From Corallochytrium limacisporum Hawaii (taxonomy: Eukaryota > Protista > Pluriformea), in the NCBI GenBank assembly GCA_002811645.1, contig PDIP01000042.1:34736-98735 (forward strand): DNA of 64,000 bases, written 5' to 3'. The notes below the pieces were generated by a model. The model did no database searches and was not told where the DNA came from. It worked only from the letters and a program-made list of their open reading frames with translations. The translations under genes and the position numbers were made by a program. Positions 23,802 through 34,504 of this stretch are shown piece after piece (position 1 is the stretch's first letter; the number at the start of each line of letters is the position of its first letter).

Positions 23802-25532
23802 GGTACTTATTCGGATTTTCAAGAACAATGAGAATCGTGTCTTCAAAGACGCCTTTGTGGTGATCTGTTTCCCCGATTTTCGTCAGATCCTCTTTTCCAA
23901 TAAATACCTTCGTCGTTCATCCCTATTTCTCTAAAGGACTTTCATCTCTAAGTGTCCGTACCCCTCTAACTTGAACAGACCACACCTTAGCTAAACTCTG
24001 GTAGTAAAAGTTATGGTGTACACTTTCCACACCATGTAGTGCCTGATAGGAATGCCATACATGAGGATCACAATGGACGTGTTAACCAAAGTAAGGAATG
24101 GTAACCACTGGGGCTCGGTTTACATTGTGAAAAGGCACATAAATCTGCGCAGACGTCTGCAATGGCTTTGGCATTCGTTGGCCCGTGCTCGGTCGCCCTT
24201 TCCCCACCTCTCTCTCTCTCAGTCTTAGGGGTACGCTGTTTTTGCCTAGTAAGAACCCATATCAACATGAGACATCTCGGTCCACTCTGGAATTTGCCAG
24301 TAAGTTTCGGTGCCCACGTTACGAACGCTGTGGTCTATTTGCAACCATTGGCCAAGTACGCAATTTTGTCCTTCTGGTGTACCTCACTTTGATTAGCAAG
24401 TACCGTCCATTAGCACCATTCAGCTTCATGCTGCATTACCCATTCGTGCTATGTCCCTCGAAGTGCGATTATGATGATATCCACCACAACAGCAACAAGG
24501 GGTAGTGCGTTGTACATGCGCAATTCCACAACGGCACATGCTGCTTTGTTCTCCGCTCTTGATAGTACAGTATGCGGAAATATTGTATGCTTATAATGAA
24601 TGGTCAATTCGCGCCCCGGGCGGGCCCACGTATCCCGCTTCTGCTGTTTGCCAGATTTACAATGCGTTTCTATTCGAGACTTCGATATTGATAGATGGTG
24701 GATCAGCCATCTAAGAAGATCAAGGCTTTGGCCCGGGGTTTGAATTATCTCTTCTGTCCTGCTCATTGAATAGCCAAGTGCCCTGTGATTCAATTTTTTG
24801 ATGCACTACATCATGCCAGGTACCACTCTGGGTGAACAGCAGTTGGATGGTTTCTACAGTGAGCACAAACATGGCAATGACTCCATATCCATGAGAGTCA
24901 CGTCGTAGCGTTCTTGCCAGCTTTGCCTGACGATATTGGGCCGATACCAGTGCACAATATGGCACAGAAGGGTCAGATTAGATTCCTAATAGTTTAGCAT
25001 GGAGATTGTACACTTCCATGCTCCAGACAGTATCTACAGCAATCTCAGGACTTAGCTGCCCATTTCGAAATGGACTGGGGATGCTGTGCAGCTAGTTTTG
25101 ATTAGTTCATTTTGTTCGACTGTATTTGGAAAGAAGATATTGCAAACGTATAATAACCATAGCGTGGTCGGCATCAGAACAGGGTCATATTGTGCAGTTG
25201 GAGTACTGGTACAGAATGCGCAGTTTTCCATATGCGGTTTCAAACGGTGCCCGATCACCCAAAGTCGAAGAGGACATGCTTTGCGGCCGATCAGCATAAA
25301 TCAACAAGGCTGATCATCAGTGATCTGTAAATTGTGATAAGAGACCGCTAAGGTCTGCCTGCACACTATGTTTAGGTGCTAACATTCTTAGGTCAGTTCA
25401 GTCCCGGTGTCACCCTATATACTACAGGAAGGTAAAGAGGTAGTTAGATACCGCCAGATGACGCACCATCGGCGATCAGCAGGGAAATCAGGGGAGTCAT
25501 AGATACTTCGCTGGTACAATGGATAACGCCGG

Positions 25533-26900
25533 TCATGCAATACTCCGAGACTCTGAGGCGAGTTCCCGCACTATACCGCATTGGTAGACAGGCATCGTCA
25601 TCACCAAGGCGTTCAGAATATTTGCTGGCGATATCCCGAAGAAATGGGACCTATTTGAACGATCCCCGTAACTAACCCCGAGAGCAAGAGCGAAGAACGC
25701 GATACATCCGCCCACACTTCTATGGAAAATCCAAAGTCTTGCGTTGGAGCCCCTTGAGGATTTTGGCTCATGATAGTCCACCGATGGTAAGATAGTTAGC
25801 TTCGGGTTTTACTTGATCTGGAATCGTTTACTTGGTGCCATCCCTTGTGTCGGAGCTATTCTTAGTCAAACCAGGCGAAAACGGAAACTCCGATTACTAT
25901 TAAAGTTCGTGATTGCGCTGGATCTGCACAAAGGGGGTCAAAGGCGATCCATTCAGTCTAATTCTGTCAAGTGGACCTGCGACAGAGAGGGGTAAGTAGT
26001 TCTTGATCCTCACACATATCTCCCCAGCGGACTTCAACTAAATTAGGGGGGGGGGGGGACACCCCGTGTGCCAGCGCTGGAGGTTTTTTGCTTAGTGATT
26101 CAGACCGACAAGACCGATAGTGTCCTCCCTGGCCGTGTCGATTGGGGGCGTGTGGTAGGGAGTTTGAAGTTAACTTACTACTCCCAAAGATGGTCCGAAC
26201 AGCAATCAACTCGCATGAACGCATGCATCGGAATTTAGCGCCACCATCTCCAAACCCTGAACACTGACATAGGCTCCGATTGGACCAATCCCAAAGTTCA
26301 CGGCCAGGATGATATAGAACCAGGGGCGCGTTGAACAAGCTATCGTCGAGGTTGACATATTTTGCCCGATCACTGAAGCATATCAATGCACCTTCTTCAG
26401 TATAGAGTTATCTTTAGCTGGCTCTCCCATGGTATATGCGTGTATGCATGAAGGAATTGGCTCCAACCCTTGAGGCCTCAGCTTCATGATGACACTCGGT
26501 CTGGACATGTACAGGGAAGGTGTTTTCCTGTGCCTGTGTACCTAATTAGCATCGTAAGGCCGAAGAGTACCATCGCAGGGATTTCATAGCAGCAACGAAA
26601 ACCAAGCCCAGCATGCCTGTTGACGAGCATCCCAGCGTGATGACACTGTGTTCTTGTAATTCCCGTGAGTCTCACGGAACTCAACGTGTAGTCCGCTGCA
26701 AAGGTAGCTCGACATGTTGCTACACTGATACTCAATAGATGCTGACATCAAGGCAGTAGAAGACTTCTCCGGCTGGACCAGCAGGGATCCGCTGCCTGTA
26801 CGTCGGATCTGCAGCAAGTTGGCATCCGGAAGAATCAGAAAGTAGCTGAGCCCGGGCCAGCAAGTCCACTGGTTTGAAGAGTTCATCTTTAAAATTAGGC
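25533..26900 (-). pseudogene. Decayed multi-pass membrane transporter, possibly MFS (SLC43/FMP42-like)
   Basis: Hydrophobic fragments in shifting frames, interrupted by stops: WPGLSYFLIL; VITLGCSSTGMLGLVFVAA / EIPAMVLFGLTML; RPWFYIILAVNFGIGPIGAYVSV; LLFGPSLGVV; SVGGCIAFFALALGV...FFGISPANILNALVMTMPVY. Confidence 0.35.
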
Positions 26901-27521
26901 CCCCATTCCGGGATTCCTCTTTTTTAGATTTGCTTGCCCCGTGGGCGACGCCGTTCCACACAATTTTCTATTGACCGCACACCCACCGTAGTACTTGAAC
27001 GGGGTAAACCCCACACACAGTTCATGTGCATTGTACCACTACGGTTCAAAAAGCATATCTTCCTTCCTGTGGGTCACCTCTGGGCCAATTCTCCATACTA
27101 TGTAGAGGAAGGCGGGTACTTTCACCTGCGCCAGAAATGCTCCCGCCTGGGTTATCCAACCGGGCCCTACTGACTCATAATGTTACTATGGCGAGCAGAC
27201 ACTTCGCTGTGTGAATTCCGTTTACATTTAGAGATCCATGCGAGCCAGGGCCTTGGTTCGTGTCGTGAGTCCGTGCTGTCATCTACTGACCTACCAGCGG
27301 GTGAGTCCGAATGGGGAGAAGAAGGCGTACAACTCTACGCGCATGTCGATATTCTTGTACTATTAGCTGCATGCACAACCACTCTTCGGACACAGTGGAG
27401 CAGGTGTTTTCGGAGAAACGGAAGCAATTATGCGTTGATAGTTCTGAGTGAGTGATGTTAAAGTATGCTTAACGGAATCGAATCGATTTCCTCGATCTGA
27501 CACGGTTCAGAGGTATGCTTC

Positions 27522-28490
27522 ATGAAATTCCCCTGGATTACGCTTGCAGGAAAGCAGCAGCTACAACGGGTGCAAGGGAGTGTCGTGTTGAGGCTTTGCA
27601 GCTGCCCTTATCTTGGAATTAATTCTGCAACGCGTGCAACGGTCAAATGGGATACGCCAGTCGCCTCCTTCTCGGCCCGTAGTTACAGTAGCAGTGGTGG
27701 TGGAACCACCAAGCATTTTGGTGAAATGGTTCATCGACAGATCGAGGAAGCCAAGACCTTGGTCGACGGAGCCAAAACCCTCGTCGCCTTCTCTGGCGCT
27801 GGTCTCAGTGCCGAGTCCGGTCTCGCAACGTTCAGAGACACGGAAACGCATGCTCTTTGGAGTCGCTTCGATCCGCACGATCTTGCGTCTCCACATGGAT
27901 TCGCTCAGGATCCCCAATTGGTCACGGAGTGGTACAATTGGCGCCGTCAAACTCTCGCCAATGTCAAGCCCAATGATGCACACAAGGCACTGGGCAAGTG
28001 TGACGCATTGATCAGCAACGTCACACAGAACGTCGACGACCTCTTGGAGCGTGGAGGCGTTAGCGGTGACAACGTACACCATTTGCATGGATCGCTCCTG
28101 TATGACCACTGCAATAATCATTGTGGACACTCGGAGATGGTGGATCTCAGTAATCCGCCGAATCTTCGGGACTGCCCCAGATGCGGAAGAGCTCCGATGA
28201 GACCATCAGTGGTGTGGTTTGGTGAATCGCTGCCCTCGAAGGCGTGGGCAGCGTCCGAGCGGCTATGTCGCGAGGCGGACGTCCTTCTTGTCGTGGGCAC
28301 TTCTGCAACGGTCTACCCTGCGGCCGGTCTAATTGATGTCACACGCATAGGTGGTGGGAAGGTCGTCGTTTTCAACACGAATCCATCGCAGGCAAGTGAC
28401 AGTGCGGATGTTGAGATCATTGGGCCGTGTGGGCAGTACCTGCCGCTTGTGTTGGAATCGGTAGTTGAACGCGCGGAAAAGGAATCGTAA
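27522..28490 (+). CDS. SIRT5: Class III sirtuin (SIRT5/CobB-type NAD-dependent deacylase) with probable mitochondrial presequence
   Basis: 322 aa. FSGAGLSAESGLATFR, WYNWRR (Tyr/Arg desuccinylase pair), TQNVDDL, HLHGSL, two Zn-binding Cys pairs, RPSVVWFGE, GTSATVYPAAGL. N-terminal extension ends in SFSARSYSSS. Confidence 0.93.
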   Translation: MKFPWITLAGKQQLQRVQGSVVLRLCSCPYLGINSATRATVKWDTPVASFSARSYSSSGGGTTKHFGEMVHRQIEEAKTLVDGAKTLVAFSGAGLSAESGLATFRDTETHALWSRFDPHDLASPHGFAQDPQLVTEWYNWRRQTLANVKPNDAHKALGKCDALISNVTQNVDDLLERGGVSGDNVHHLHGSLLYDHCNNHCGHSEMVDLSNPPNLRDCPRCGRAPMRPSVVWFGESLPSKAWAASERLCREADVLLVVGTSATVYPAAGLIDVTRIGGGKVVVFNTNPSQASDSADVEIIGPCGQYLPLVLESVVERAEKES

Positions 28491-28700
28491 CCAATTTATT
28501 TCACATGAAAGTTGGATGCTTTGGATTAGAATATTTAGATCCTTAAAAAGGTTTTGAAAATGGTGTCACGGAATCGTTTTACTTAGTTCGGGATCCACAT
28601 AGGATGTGGATGGAAGAGCGCATATTGCCGAAGTCTGTTTTGGACTGCCTTTCAGTTTATCAAAATCTTGTTCTTTGACTTTTCGATGACAAAAACAGCT

Positions 28701-29306
28701 TTACCGAATGACACGGTGCTTGCCGGAATCTGCTGAAGCCCCGCTGCTTGTGATAGGCTGCTGTATGACGGGCACTGCCGGCGCAGAGGAAGTCCCATGC
28801 GTGGCGTTGCCAGTGGCCTTGTCGCCCAGAGCGAGCATATCACTCAGCGTCATCTGTTGAGATCCCAGGCGGCTGGCCTCCTTCTTTATGGTGATGAAAA
28901 CTTCATGCATCTCTGTCATGGTCTGTTCCCATGTTAGACTTTTCCACCAAGTCTGGGCTGCCCTGGCACTTACCCGCTGATTGATGAGCTTCGTGATCTG
29001 CAGTTCAGGGGAACTGCTATCGTAGTCTGGAGAGAACGCCAGGCGGTACACTGTCAACTCTCTTTCAAGTGCTTCCTTGTCCTTGGCAGCCTGGGTCTTG
29101 TAGTCTTCGAGCTTCTTCTCTGTCTGGTACCATTGCACGCCTGCGCCAATGGCAACCATTGAGAATATCAACGCCCCATTGCGCTCCAAGAAGTTTGGTT
29201 CTCGCTTGGAGACCTTGGATGCGTTGGCACGGACCTGTCCCTTGGGCACGGAAGTAACTGACTTTCGTAGCAGAACGGGTGCTCTGTTGAATGCACGACC
29301 CAACAT
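28701..29306 (-). CDS. Uncharacterised mitochondrial single-pass membrane coiled-coil protein
   Basis: 201 aa, aaacaATG start. Basic, acid-free presequence (MLGRAFNRAPVLLRKSVTSV), one TM (GALIFSMVAIGAGVQWY), then a coiled coil. Head-to-head with HCCS. Confidence 0.7.
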   Translation of the reverse strand: MLGRAFNRAPVLLRKSVTSVPKGQVRANASKVSKREPNFLERNGALIFSMVAIGAGVQWYQTEKKLEDYKTQAAKDKEALERELTVYRLAFSPDYDSSSPELQITKLINQRVSARAAQTWWKSLTWEQTMTEMHEVFITIKKEASRLGSQQMTLSDMLALGDKATGNATHGTSSAPAVPVIQQPITSSGASADSGKHRVIR

Positions 29307-29599
29307 TGTTTTGATTTCTCTTGCTCGTCGCCAGTTTATCTCTCAGAGGGGAACTACGCTCAGACGCGGATCACAAACAAATTGCGTGGCATGAAACTAA
29401 AACTCGCTTTATACCCTTTGGTTCATAGCATTGGATACAAGAGTATCGCTGAGTTTACCCCAATCATACACGATAAATGCTCAGCCGCTCTTACTTGATA
29501 CTGACAAGCAGACTATTCTCAGCACATTCCGTTCCGCCATTGTGAGACTGTAAACTAGGATGTCGCGTGATTACCCAGTAACCCCACCCGCACTGCCCC

Positions 29600-29640
29600 C
29601 CTTCGCTTGGCGCGCAAAACCCCCGGTCACCATTGGTTCG
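29600..29640. promoter_or_regulatory. Candidate bidirectional promoter elements (E2F-like, CCCGGTC, inverted CCAAT)
   Basis: TTGGCGCGCAAAA at 29607-29619, CCCGGTC at 29622 and ATTGG at 29632, lying between two divergent mitochondrial genes. Confidence 0.35.
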
Positions 29641-30037
29641 CCTTCCGCTTCAGTTTAAGCCTTCCCTAGGATGGAAAGAAATGCCCCCGTCCCAGAGGAG
29701 AAGGGGGTAGGGGCCTTTTCACCAGCCAAGTAAAGCCCCACACCCTCCCACGACGGTCGGGACACCGGGTCTCAAGTTCTGCACAGCCGAACAGTACAAA
29801 CAAGAGCTGGAGAACTGGGCCCCACAGCACTATGGAATTGCGACCACTGGCAAAGAGTTTATCGGTAACGGGTATTTAATTCCTGAATGAGCGAGCATCG
29901 AGAGCTTAAACACTGCCACATTGGTTTACAAATGCGAAATTGATTCCATGGATACCATGTGAAGGAAACGAGCCAACGGAAGGCTAGGGAATTTATTGGA
30001 TTACTTGCATGAACACGTCTCCGATCTGAAACGAATA

Positions 30038-30829
30038 ATGGGCCAGACATCGTCTCAACAGAGTGGGGGCAGAGCAGCTAATAGAGGCTGCCCTATGGAA
30101 GCAGCCAAGGATGAAGATGGTATTAATCCCTTGAACAACATGGACCGCAGCCTCCAGGGGTCTGTGGATGGAAAAGTCCTACCTACCGACCGCATGACTT
30201 CCAGCATTCCGCGCGGAGAGAAAGGCATGGAGGACCCCAAGGGTAAGCGTTGGGTATATCCCAGCCAGCAGATGTTCTATAATGCCATGAAGAAGAAGAA
30301 CTGGAACCCGAGACAGGAGGACATGGCCTCCGTAGTGGCCATCCACAACGCTGTTAATGAAAGGACATGGCAACATATTCTAATATGGGAGCACATGCGG
30401 AATCCGCAGCTAGGCATTCTTTCGGGACCATCGGAATCACCGGACTTTGAAAAAGCCAAGAACACGCATAGGGATACATCGGCAGCAAACGATAGTGCTG
30501 CTGGCGATCAGACGCGGGCATGTTCTCAGATCCCATCATTGATTCGGTTTGTTGGCAAACCAGATGAACTCAGTCCGCGTGCCAGAGTCTGGACGCTACT
30601 TGGCTACACAGCCCCTTTTGACCGCCATGATTGGACTATTCGTCGGCCTGACACCAACGAAGAGGTCCGCTATATTATTGACTACTACTCTGCTACTCCT
30701 GCGCCGGGTAGCCCCGCGGGATTCTTCCTTGACGTCCGTCCGGCTCTGGACCGACCGGGTGCCGTTGCTGAACGGGCATTCATGTTTATGCGCAGGAATT
30801 TTACAAGTCCAGGCAAGGCCAGTGCTTAG
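30038..30829 (+). CDS. HCCS: Holocytochrome c synthase (cytochrome c heme lyase)
   Basis: ATG at 30038 (MGQTSS, myristoylation-like), GCPM heme motif, SSIPRG, WVYPSQQMFYNAMKKK, IHNAVNERTW, PFDRHDW, VRYIIDYY, LDVRPALD. Confidence 0.97.
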   Translation: MGQTSSQQSGGRAANRGCPMEAAKDEDGINPLNNMDRSLQGSVDGKVLPTDRMTSSIPRGEKGMEDPKGKRWVYPSQQMFYNAMKKKNWNPRQEDMASVVAIHNAVNERTWQHILIWEHMRNPQLGILSGPSESPDFEKAKNTHRDTSAANDSAAGDQTRACSQIPSLIRFVGKPDELSPRARVWTLLGYTAPFDRHDWTIRRPDTNEEVRYIIDYYSATPAPGSPAGFFLDVRPALDRPGAVAERAFMFMRRNFTSPGKASA

Positions 30830-31059
30830 AATTTGTGAAGTCAAGTGACAAGTAACCGGGTAGAGATGTATCATATATTAACTGCAAGACTTCATTTCAA
30901 CACGTCGGTCTACGAGCTTTAGGCGCACTGCGTCAAATGGACAAGATTCAAAAGTTGCATCACAAGAGGATTTGTGGGGTAATAAAAGTGTACTAAACTG
31001 CACAAGAAATGACGTCCTGATACAAACACAACATGCTTTAGATCCTTCCAATCCACTCT

Positions 31060-33324
31060 TCACCTCATCGCCCTGTAGAGCATGCTGAGATAGGTCATAA
31101 CACTACGACTATCTGGCAGCAACCCCTGCGCAAAGTCTGCCGGGTCTAGCAGTACTGGTACATCTGCGACCGCCTCGGCCGTATCAAAGGCTAGTTTACA
31201 ATTCTTCAGTGCGTCCTCGGTTACGTCACGCTCGTACTTTATCTTGTTGCGGAAGAGACTGCTAGCAATGGCCAAGAAAGCCTTACCATCCGCAAAACTT
31301 TCGGAAAAGTTTTCAATTTCCACACCTGAATAGCCCATGGTCATGTTCTGGGCCCAACGGAGAATGGCACCGCCTTGGCCGTTGCCAGCGGTGAAATTGC
31401 AGGAGCTCAGACCGCGGTTATGCTTCTTGGCCTGCGACGGTTTTGTGAAACCGGTCAAATCAGGGCAAGACTCTGCTACGGCCTTCTGTGGAACTGGAGA
31501 CGTCTTCTTCAGCTGGGAGCGGAAATCAGTTCCAGTCGGAGCAGCAGTTGCACGAGCTGTAGGACCAGTGCTCTTCTTAGCAGCGGTAACGTTGGCACGC
31601 CAGTCGTGGTTGGGCTTGGAAACAGGAGACTGGGCAGCAGACACCTGGGATGCTAGAGTGCCATCATCAGGTTCCAGGCCAGCTTTGATGCGTGCCAGCT
31701 TTTCTTTTTCAAGACGACGTTTTTCCATCCTCTCCCGGAAGTCCCGCTCCCACTCGTCGATGTCTTCAGGCTGGGAATTCTTGGGCTCTTCTTCCTTGAC
31801 TGGCTGTGGTTTTGGTTTTCCACCGGTTGACGTCTCCGTCTTTCGCAGTTCGACTTTTTGAGCAGGAGCAGCTGTCAAGACAGGAGTAGAGGCAAATTTA
31901 GGTTCTGTCTTGCGCAGTTGCACCGCACGCGCAGGGGACGTTTCCTTTGATTCGAATGCCTTGCGAGTGTTCGAGATGGGGACGGCAGCGCTGACTTTCT
32001 TCAGTTGAGGCCTCTCAAGCCTGGATTCCTCGTTCTTTGGCCTTTCAAAACGGGAGCCTAGATGCTTAGCACTCTTCGTGGCGGGCGTCTTTTTGAGCAT
32101 GCTCTGCCCAAACTTCTCAACGGGTGCTGTGGTCTGCTCGTGCTTTGACCTTAGATCAGCAACGCTGTGACGGACTTGCTTGTTGGCAAATAGAGATGAG
32201 GTCGAGCTCATAGGTGTGGACTGCTTAGGGGTCATCTGGCCAGAGTCGCTGATGTTGCTGCCACTGTCAGCCGGTTCCAGACCGGCCTTGATTCGTGCCT
32301 GCCTTTCTTTTTCGATGCGACGCTTCTCTAAGCGCTCGCGAAAGTTTCGCTCCCACTCGTCAATATCTTCAGATTCGGACTCCTTGGGTACTTTCTCAAT
32401 AGACTGGGCGGCTTGGACTGGCTCTGGTTTGGACTCTGGGACCGATGTTTTCTCGACTGGTTCAAACTCACTCTCCGGCTGAGTTTTCTGGTCTTTCTCA
32501 GGCAAGGGTACCTCCTCTTCATTCTCCTCTTCGGCATCTTCGTTATCCTTAGCTAGATTGTTCATGGACGTCGAGGGCGTAAAGTCAGCGCACAGGTTCT
32601 GGAGAGATGCCATTGAAGACCGCAGAGAATTCATGGATGTGCGATGCTTTGCGTGTCGGTTGAGGATGTCATTGATGGAGGACGTATCAGCCTTGCCGCC
32701 CTCTGGGCGTTCGATACTTCCTCGGTCCACGGCTTTTGCAGCTGATCTCTCTTGTTGCTGTTCAGAATGTGCTCTGTCCTCTTCCTCTGCTTGAGCTTCA
32801 GGCTCTGTCTTAGCTGTAGCAGAAGTCTCTGCCCGAGCTTGAGAATCTTCTTTGTTCTTGCTCTTTATCTCATCCACTGCCTTGGTCTGTGCCTCTGCCT
32901 CTGCCTTGGCCTGTGCCTCTGCCTCTGCCTTGGCCTGTGCCTCTGCCTCTGCCTTGGCCTGTGCCTCTGCCTCTGCCTTGGCCTTGGCCTCTGCCTCTGC
33001 CTTGGCCTTGACCTCTGCCTCTGCTTTCTCTGCGGTCTCCACACTACCGTTCTTGGTCTTGCTCTCGACTGTACTTGTGGGCACTGATACCGCGGCTGCA
33101 CAGATGACCTTCTTCTCGAGGCCGACATCCACCTTACGAATCACAGATACGGCTGCGGACTGGCGGGTGCGAGGCGCCCTCTTCAGGTCCAATTCAGCAT
33201 CGATAGAAGCCAGACGTGCTTCGCGTTCCTTTCGGCGCTGTTCACGTTCTGCTGCACGCTTCGCCTTTGCTGCCTGCAGCTCGGCTTCGATCTGAGCTTC
33301 GCGCTCCTTGATGTCTGAATTCAT
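31060..33324 (-). CDS. C-terminal calponin-homology domain protein (smoothelin/cytospin/MICAL-like CH type), probable F-actin binder
   Basis: 754 aa. Charged low-complexity body; C-terminal CH domain ILRWAQNMTMGYSGVEIENFSESFADGKAFLAI...AFDTAE...LLDPAD...PDSRSVMTYLSMLY. Confidence 0.88.
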   Translation of the reverse strand: MNSDIKEREAQIEAELQAAKAKRAAEREQRRKEREARLASIDAELDLKRAPRTRQSAAVSVIRKVDVGLEKKVICAAAVSVPTSTVESKTKNGSVETAEKAEAEVKAKAEAEAKAKAEAEAQAKAEAEAQAKAEAEAQAKAEAEAQTKAVDEIKSKNKEDSQARAETSATAKTEPEAQAEEEDRAHSEQQQERSAAKAVDRGSIERPEGGKADTSSINDILNRHAKHRTSMNSLRSSMASLQNLCADFTPSTSMNNLAKDNEDAEEENEEEVPLPEKDQKTQPESEFEPVEKTSVPESKPEPVQAAQSIEKVPKESESEDIDEWERNFRERLEKRRIEKERQARIKAGLEPADSGSNISDSGQMTPKQSTPMSSTSSLFANKQVRHSVADLRSKHEQTTAPVEKFGQSMLKKTPATKSAKHLGSRFERPKNEESRLERPQLKKVSAAVPISNTRKAFESKETSPARAVQLRKTEPKFASTPVLTAAPAQKVELRKTETSTGGKPKPQPVKEEEPKNSQPEDIDEWERDFRERMEKRRLEKEKLARIKAGLEPDDGTLASQVSAAQSPVSKPNHDWRANVTAAKKSTGPTARATAAPTGTDFRSQLKKTSPVPQKAVAESCPDLTGFTKPSQAKKHNRGLSSCNFTAGNGQGGAILRWAQNMTMGYSGVEIENFSESFADGKAFLAIASSLFRNKIKYERDVTEDALKNCKLAFDTAEAVADVPVLLDPADFAQGLLPDSRSVMTYLSMLYRAMR
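32880..33025 (-). repeat. Coding 24-nt tandem repeat (AKAEAEAQ)n
   Basis: gcctctgcctctgccttggcctgt repeated about 5-6 times on the + strand. Confidence 0.93.
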
Positions 33325-34009
33325 GATCCACTTCCGGGTTGCTCTTCTTGTAATTCTTTAAATGTCAAAAACACTCTACTCCGCGTATGAAACACTACTC
33401 ACGTAATCTAGTACCCATTGGATGGGCTGTGCCACGCCTTTGGATGTTTAGTTTTCCTGTTCTTGTTGTATACTAGCACAGCGGTCTCATTAACCTTTGC
33501 CGTACACTTTATCCTTGAACAAAATTGGAGCTGCTCAACTCAGTTCCAGACACCAGGAAGCGAGTGCTGCATCTCACAGAATAGATCATCTACACCAATG
33601 AGAGATAGATCAGATGCAGAGAGGAATGGCATCTCCATCTTTTCGTGACACTCACGTTTCATTGCCAAAGACCCACCTCGCGTTTCCCCTTCCTCGATCG
33701 CTTGCAAACAGGGGGCGGGTGCGCACGCCACTTTTGAGCTCGCAACCGTTTCTTTCTTGGTGGGGGCGAGGAGACGGGGGTAGTAGGAAATTAGGGAGGG
33801 GCATTCGAGACACGCACATTGGTGCTGAAAATTGTTCTCCCCACTTCCGCCCACGGTTATTGTTACTCCAGGCGCATTGGGGGCCAATGGCAAGAGAAAA
33901 ATCCAGCGTGTATGAGGGTCCTCATCCCCTGCCAACGCAAGCAAGCGAAATGGGTAGAGTGCTCACCAGTCACCGGTGATCAAACCTTCAGGCCCGCGGA
34001 GACATTTAT

Positions 34010-34245
34010 ATCTGTTTGAAACCACAGCCACTGCATGCACAAGGTATGACCATGAGGGTGTTTGAAAGATGATGCGATGCCGTGATGGAATGGAACAGGC
34101 TTCACCGGCACTGTGAATTCGCCTGTGTGGGTTGGCTATTGGGCGCCAAATCCTACTGCTGATTGGCTAGAAAATTCCTCAATTTTACAAACGGTCCAAG
34201 AAAGGTTTCAATCTCGAAATATTTGATTGGTTTTTTTTTAAATCG
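34010..34245 (-). promoter_or_regulatory. CCAAT/E2F/CHR-like promoter cluster upstream of the CH-domain gene
   Basis: ATTGG at 34138, 34162 and 34226; GGCGCCAAA at 34142-34150; TTTGAA at 34015 and 34061. Confidence 0.4.
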
Positions 34246-34504
34246 TGGGAGTCTATTTCATTAAAATGTTGGTCACCTTCCTAGGTTACGTGTGACTTAC
34301 AGCTTGGGTCTGTATGTCACAGTCAAAAGCCCGTGAAGATCATAGAGTATTCCAAGGCCTTCGACCCTTTCAAGGACTACACACTGGATTCAGGGCGGAC
34401 GCCCACCCAATGAATTACGCAATGCTAATCAGTGCTCAATACTGTTATCATTGAACACTCATTCGACACTAAATGACACGGCTTTCGACAGAGATGGAGC
34501 CTAT

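Noticed and set aside
27513-27549. GTATGC...TGCAG possible 37-nt intron over the sirtuin start
   Set aside because: The nearest upstream ATGs (27455, 27465) hit stops before the donor, and the unspliced ORF is already complete.
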